This document shows, one piece after another, positions 55,829 through 58,418 of a stretch of DNA of 58,418 bases. The position numbers were made by a program, and so were the translations under genes. The notes under the pieces were generated by a model that saw only the letters and a list, made by a program, of their open reading frames with translations, did not search any database and had not been told where the DNA came from. Positions within the stretch are counted from its first letter, which is position 1. Each line of letters begins with the position of its first letter. Source of the DNA: an uncultured Eubacteriales bacterium (lineage in GTDB: Bacteria; Bacillota; Clostridia; Peptostreptococcales; Anaerovoracaceae); contig CADAJM010000001.1 of assembly GCA_902788245.1 (NCBI GenBank), positions 1-58,418 of the forward strand, written 5' to 3'.

Positions 55829-57019
55829 ATGCGCGACTTAAAGCATCTGATCTATTTCGAGGACCTGTTGCAGGAAGCTAACAACGAGCTCGTTCGAAAA
55901 GGCAAGGATGAAGGCAATCTTTGCTTGGGCTACACTTGTTACTTCATGCCTGAGGTCCTTCTTGATTTGCCGGGCTGCTTCGCTGTCAGACTGAGAGCGC
56001 CTAAATGCACATCGCCGGATATGGCTACATACTACATGTCCGGAAGAACATGCCACTACGGCAGATCCCTGCTCGAGAGAGCTCTGGAGGGCGGCTTCAA
56101 TTTCATCGACGCCCAGCTTGCAACGGAGACCTGTACGGTCACATGCAGATTCCAGGAGCACCTCGGCTACATGGATGACGTTATCAACAACGCCACATTC
56201 AAGACGGAATTCACAGACGTTCCTTTCAAGAAAAACGAAAACAGCATCGACCATTATGAGAAACAACTGAAGATCCACGTTCTGGACTTCCTCGAGAGGG
56301 AGTTTGGCGTGGATGTTTCTGATGAAGCAATATTGAAGTCGATCGAGATCAACAACGAAGTAAACGACATCATCACGGAGATCGGTAACTACCGCAAACT
56401 CGACAACCCTACGATCACGGGATACGAGTTTCACGTAATCACGCTTGTCTCCATGGTTTGCCCGAAATATCTCATAATTGACAAACTCAGAGAGACTCTC
56501 GAGGAACTCAAGACCAGAGAGCCTGACGACAAACCGAACTTCAAGATTAAAGTTCTGCTCGCAGGTTCCGAGAACGACGACCCGGATTTCACCAAACTGA
56601 TCGAGGGTTGTGGAGCTCTCGTCGTTGCAGACAGATACTGCTACGGCTCGCTCGAGGCAAGAGGCCACATCGACATCGAAGATGGAGAATCCCCTCTTAG
56701 AGCGGTTGCCAGACACTACCTCCTGACCAGCCAGTGCGCGAGGTTCATGGAGCAGAGGGAGATGAGAAACCGCAAGAAAGTTATCGCCGACTACGCCAAG
56801 GAGTACAAAGCCGACGGCATCATCGTAGCTTCCAACAAATTCTGCGAGTACTGGAGCTACGAGAGGATGATCGATTCGATCGTGCTGCCGAGAGACTACG
56901 GATTCCCGGTTTGCTCTATCGAGAAGGAGTACATCAACACTGCGTCCGGACAGCTCAGGACAAGGTTCCAGGCATTCGTCGAGAGCGTAGAACTCAAAAA
57001 GATACAGGAGGGCGTGTAA
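55829..57019 (+). CDS. 2-hydroxyacyl-CoA dehydratase / benzoyl-CoA reductase BcrC-BadD-HgdB family protein
   Basis: 396 aa. LGYTCYFMPEVLL N-terminus and conserved cysteines are typical of this family, recognised by eye. Confidence 0.75.
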   Translation: MRDLKHLIYFEDLLQEANNELVRKGKDEGNLCLGYTCYFMPEVLLDLPGCFAVRLRAPKCTSPDMATYYMSGRTCHYGRSLLERALEGGFNFIDAQLATETCTVTCRFQEHLGYMDDVINNATFKTEFTDVPFKKNENSIDHYEKQLKIHVLDFLEREFGVDVSDEAILKSIEINNEVNDIITEIGNYRKLDNPTITGYEFHVITLVSMVCPKYLIIDKLRETLEELKTREPDDKPNFKIKVLLAGSENDDPDFTKLIEGCGALVVADRYCYGSLEARGHIDIEDGESPLRAVARHYLLTSQCARFMEQREMRNRKKVIADYAKEYKADGIIVASNKFCEYWSYERMIDSIVLPRDYGFPVCSIEKEYINTASGQLRTRFQAFVESVELKKIQEGV

Positions 57020-57020
57020 G

Positions 57021-58418
57021 ATGAAAAAACCTGATTTCAAAAACCTAGACATCAAGAAACTCGCCAGGGATTTCATCCACGGCAAACCTCATGAGGAAAG
57101 ACGGCTCGGCGATCTATACATACCGGGCACAGGCCTGTACAAACACAGAGAGTGGAGAGGCATCAAAGACACGATGTACTACTTCAACAATATCTGGCTG
57201 TACAACTACGGAAACATCGTAATGGACCTGTTCAGATATTCGAACGGCAATCCAAAAGTCTTGCTGCAGTTCCTCAAGGGAACCTGGCGCTACAGATGGA
57301 TGGGCCAGACATATCTGACCGTACTTCACTGGTTCGACAGAGGACTCGAAGGACTCAGAGGAGAAGCCCTCAAAGCTTCGGCATGGCACTACAGAGCTCT
57401 CGTAAGTGCATCGCTCTCGCAGATTGTCGGCATGTTCATGAGAGATGCCAACATCGGAGGAGACCTTGAGCTCAGAGCCAAGACTATGGGCCATGACGAG
57501 ACCGTATGGGGCGGAATATTCTATCCGTATAAAGACCAGATGGAGAACATCCCTCTGCAGATGATCCCGTACTTCGTAACATGCCACTGCAACAACCACA
57601 CAGTGCTCAACTACATCGACTCGATTCAGTCACTCGGACTTCCGGGCGACCCTTGTCCGATGTGCCAGGCGGAGTCCGGACTCTATGTCGAAGACGACAT
57701 GCCGGATTTCTATCCTGCATACATAACAACCAACGAAGCCTGCGACGGCTCCGTAGCGACATCCATCATAACAGACTGGCTTGCGCAAAAACCTCTCTTT
57801 GCCATGCCTCAGCCTATGCAGTTCGATGACGATACAGTCCTCGAGAACTGCGCCAAAGAGATGGAAGGCGCTTGGAGATTCATAGAGGAAAAACTCGGCG
57901 TAGAATTCCACTGGGATGAACTCGTCAAAAACCTCGAAGCCCAGAACGAACTCATGAGATTCGAGTGGGAGAAATGGGACGTAGACGCAAATACGCCTTA
58001 CTATCCTGTCAACGGAGTTGCCCAGGCTCTCTACAGAATATTCCAGTCGCAGTACGGCGAACGCTGGATCTGGCATCAGGTAGACGCCAAGGTCAGAAAG
58101 ATCATGGAGAAGTGCGTAGAGGAGAAGATCGAGACATTCCCTAAGACACGCCACAGAGTAATCGCGTGGTCCTGTGCACCGCTCTACTATTCGAACTGGT
58201 GCACATGGGCGTACAACTGCTGGGGCCTGAACGTAGTAATCAACATGGACTCTCTGATGTTCGACATGGAGATCAGAACGGACTCCTACGAAAACACCCT
58301 GATGGACATGGCCAAGTACCACGAACTGGCGCCGATGAGAAGAAACGCCGTCGGCGGACTTCACCACATATTCATGCTCTGGGAGAACATGGAGAAGTTC
58401 AACTGCGATATGGTTGCA
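57021..58418 (+). CDS. Second 2-hydroxyacyl-CoA dehydratase family subunit (partial, runs off the right edge)
   Basis: The frame is open for 466 codons from ATG 57021 (MKKPDFKNLDIKKLARDF...) to the window end. It starts 1 nt after the upstream stop. Cys-rich motifs include VTCHCNNH, PCPMCQAE and NEACDGS. Absent from the track because it is truncated. Confidence 0.72.
   Translation, partial: MKKPDFKNLDIKKLARDFIHGKPHEERRLGDLYIPGTGLYKHREWRGIKDTMYYFNNIWLYNYGNIVMDLFRYSNGNPKVLLQFLKGTWRYRWMGQTYLTVLHWFDRGLEGLRGEALKASAWHYRALVSASLSQIVGMFMRDANIGGDLELRAKTMGHDETVWGGIFYPYKDQMENIPLQMIPYFVTCHCNNHTVLNYIDSIQSLGLPGDPCPMCQAESGLYVEDDMPDFYPAYITTNEACDGSVATSIITDWLAQKPLFAMPQPMQFDDDTVLENCAKEMEGAWRFIEEKLGVEFHWDELVKNLEAQNELMRFEWEKWDVDANTPYYPVNGVAQALYRIFQSQYGERWIWHQVDAKVRKIMEKCVEEKIETFPKTRHRVIAWSCAPLYYSNWCTWAYNCWGLNVVINMDSLMFDMEIRTDSYENTLMDMAKYHELAPMRRNAVGGLHHIFMLWENMEKFNCDMVA

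Noticed and set aside
55838-57085. 415-aa minus-strand ORF opposite the first dehydratase-family gene; a similar 245-aa ORF lies at 57630-58367
   Set aside because: Both are antisense shadow ORFs. The plus-strand frames carry the family motifs and translational coupling.

Overview
This window reads as the chromosomal replication-origin region of a Firmicutes/Clostridia-type bacterium. Flanking DNA is about 50% G+C by hand counts.

Core genes present:
- Minus strand: gyrA (5' part), gyrB, recF, jag, yidC, yidD, rnpA, rpmH.
- Plus strand: dnaA, dnaN, mnmE, mnmG, rsmG, parA, parB, a gdpP-like gene, rplI, the replicative helicase, a DnaD-domain protein, an M23 peptidase, an ftsB/divIC-like gene, rnmV, rsmA, an LtaS-family gene, rho, and a DUF1385-PrmC fusion.

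Accessory blocks between them:
- A MATE exporter and an HTH-Uma2 nuclease-like gene.
- A three-gene surface-protein operon: a TasA/camelysin-like protein, a 1677-aa InlB-B-repeat giant with a SipW-type signal peptide, and a C-terminally anchored beta-sandwich protein.
- A large nucleoside-salvage cluster: tdk-psuK-psuG, a BMP-type ABC importer, deoB, udp and deoC.
- A metal/redox group: CooT-like protein, AKR-ferredoxin, degenerate GGDEF membrane protein and a His-rich protein.
- The start of a 2-hydroxyacyl-CoA-dehydratase-like gene pair.

Most unusual observations:
1. oriC-dnaA-dnaN forms a sharply bounded low-GC cassette (about one-third G+C) inside otherwise ~50% GC housekeeping DNA. Its DnaA has a non-canonical domain IV DNA-contact signature.
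2. Gene order around the origin fits an inversion of the jag..dnaN core relative to the recF-gyrBA and mnmE..parB flanks.
3. Two parS sites sit at the ends of a ~260-bp imperfect palindrome upstream of parAB.
4. A repeated 13-mer array lies upstream of recF, and part of its motif recurs upstream of gyrB.
5. The SipW-type surface operon has no sipW or sortase in the window.
6. The DnaD-domain protein carries a helicase-loader-like zinc-ribbon tail but no AAA+ module.

No rRNA, tRNA, CRISPR array, transposase or integrase was recognised. All homology statements come from motif recognition by eye, not from database searches.
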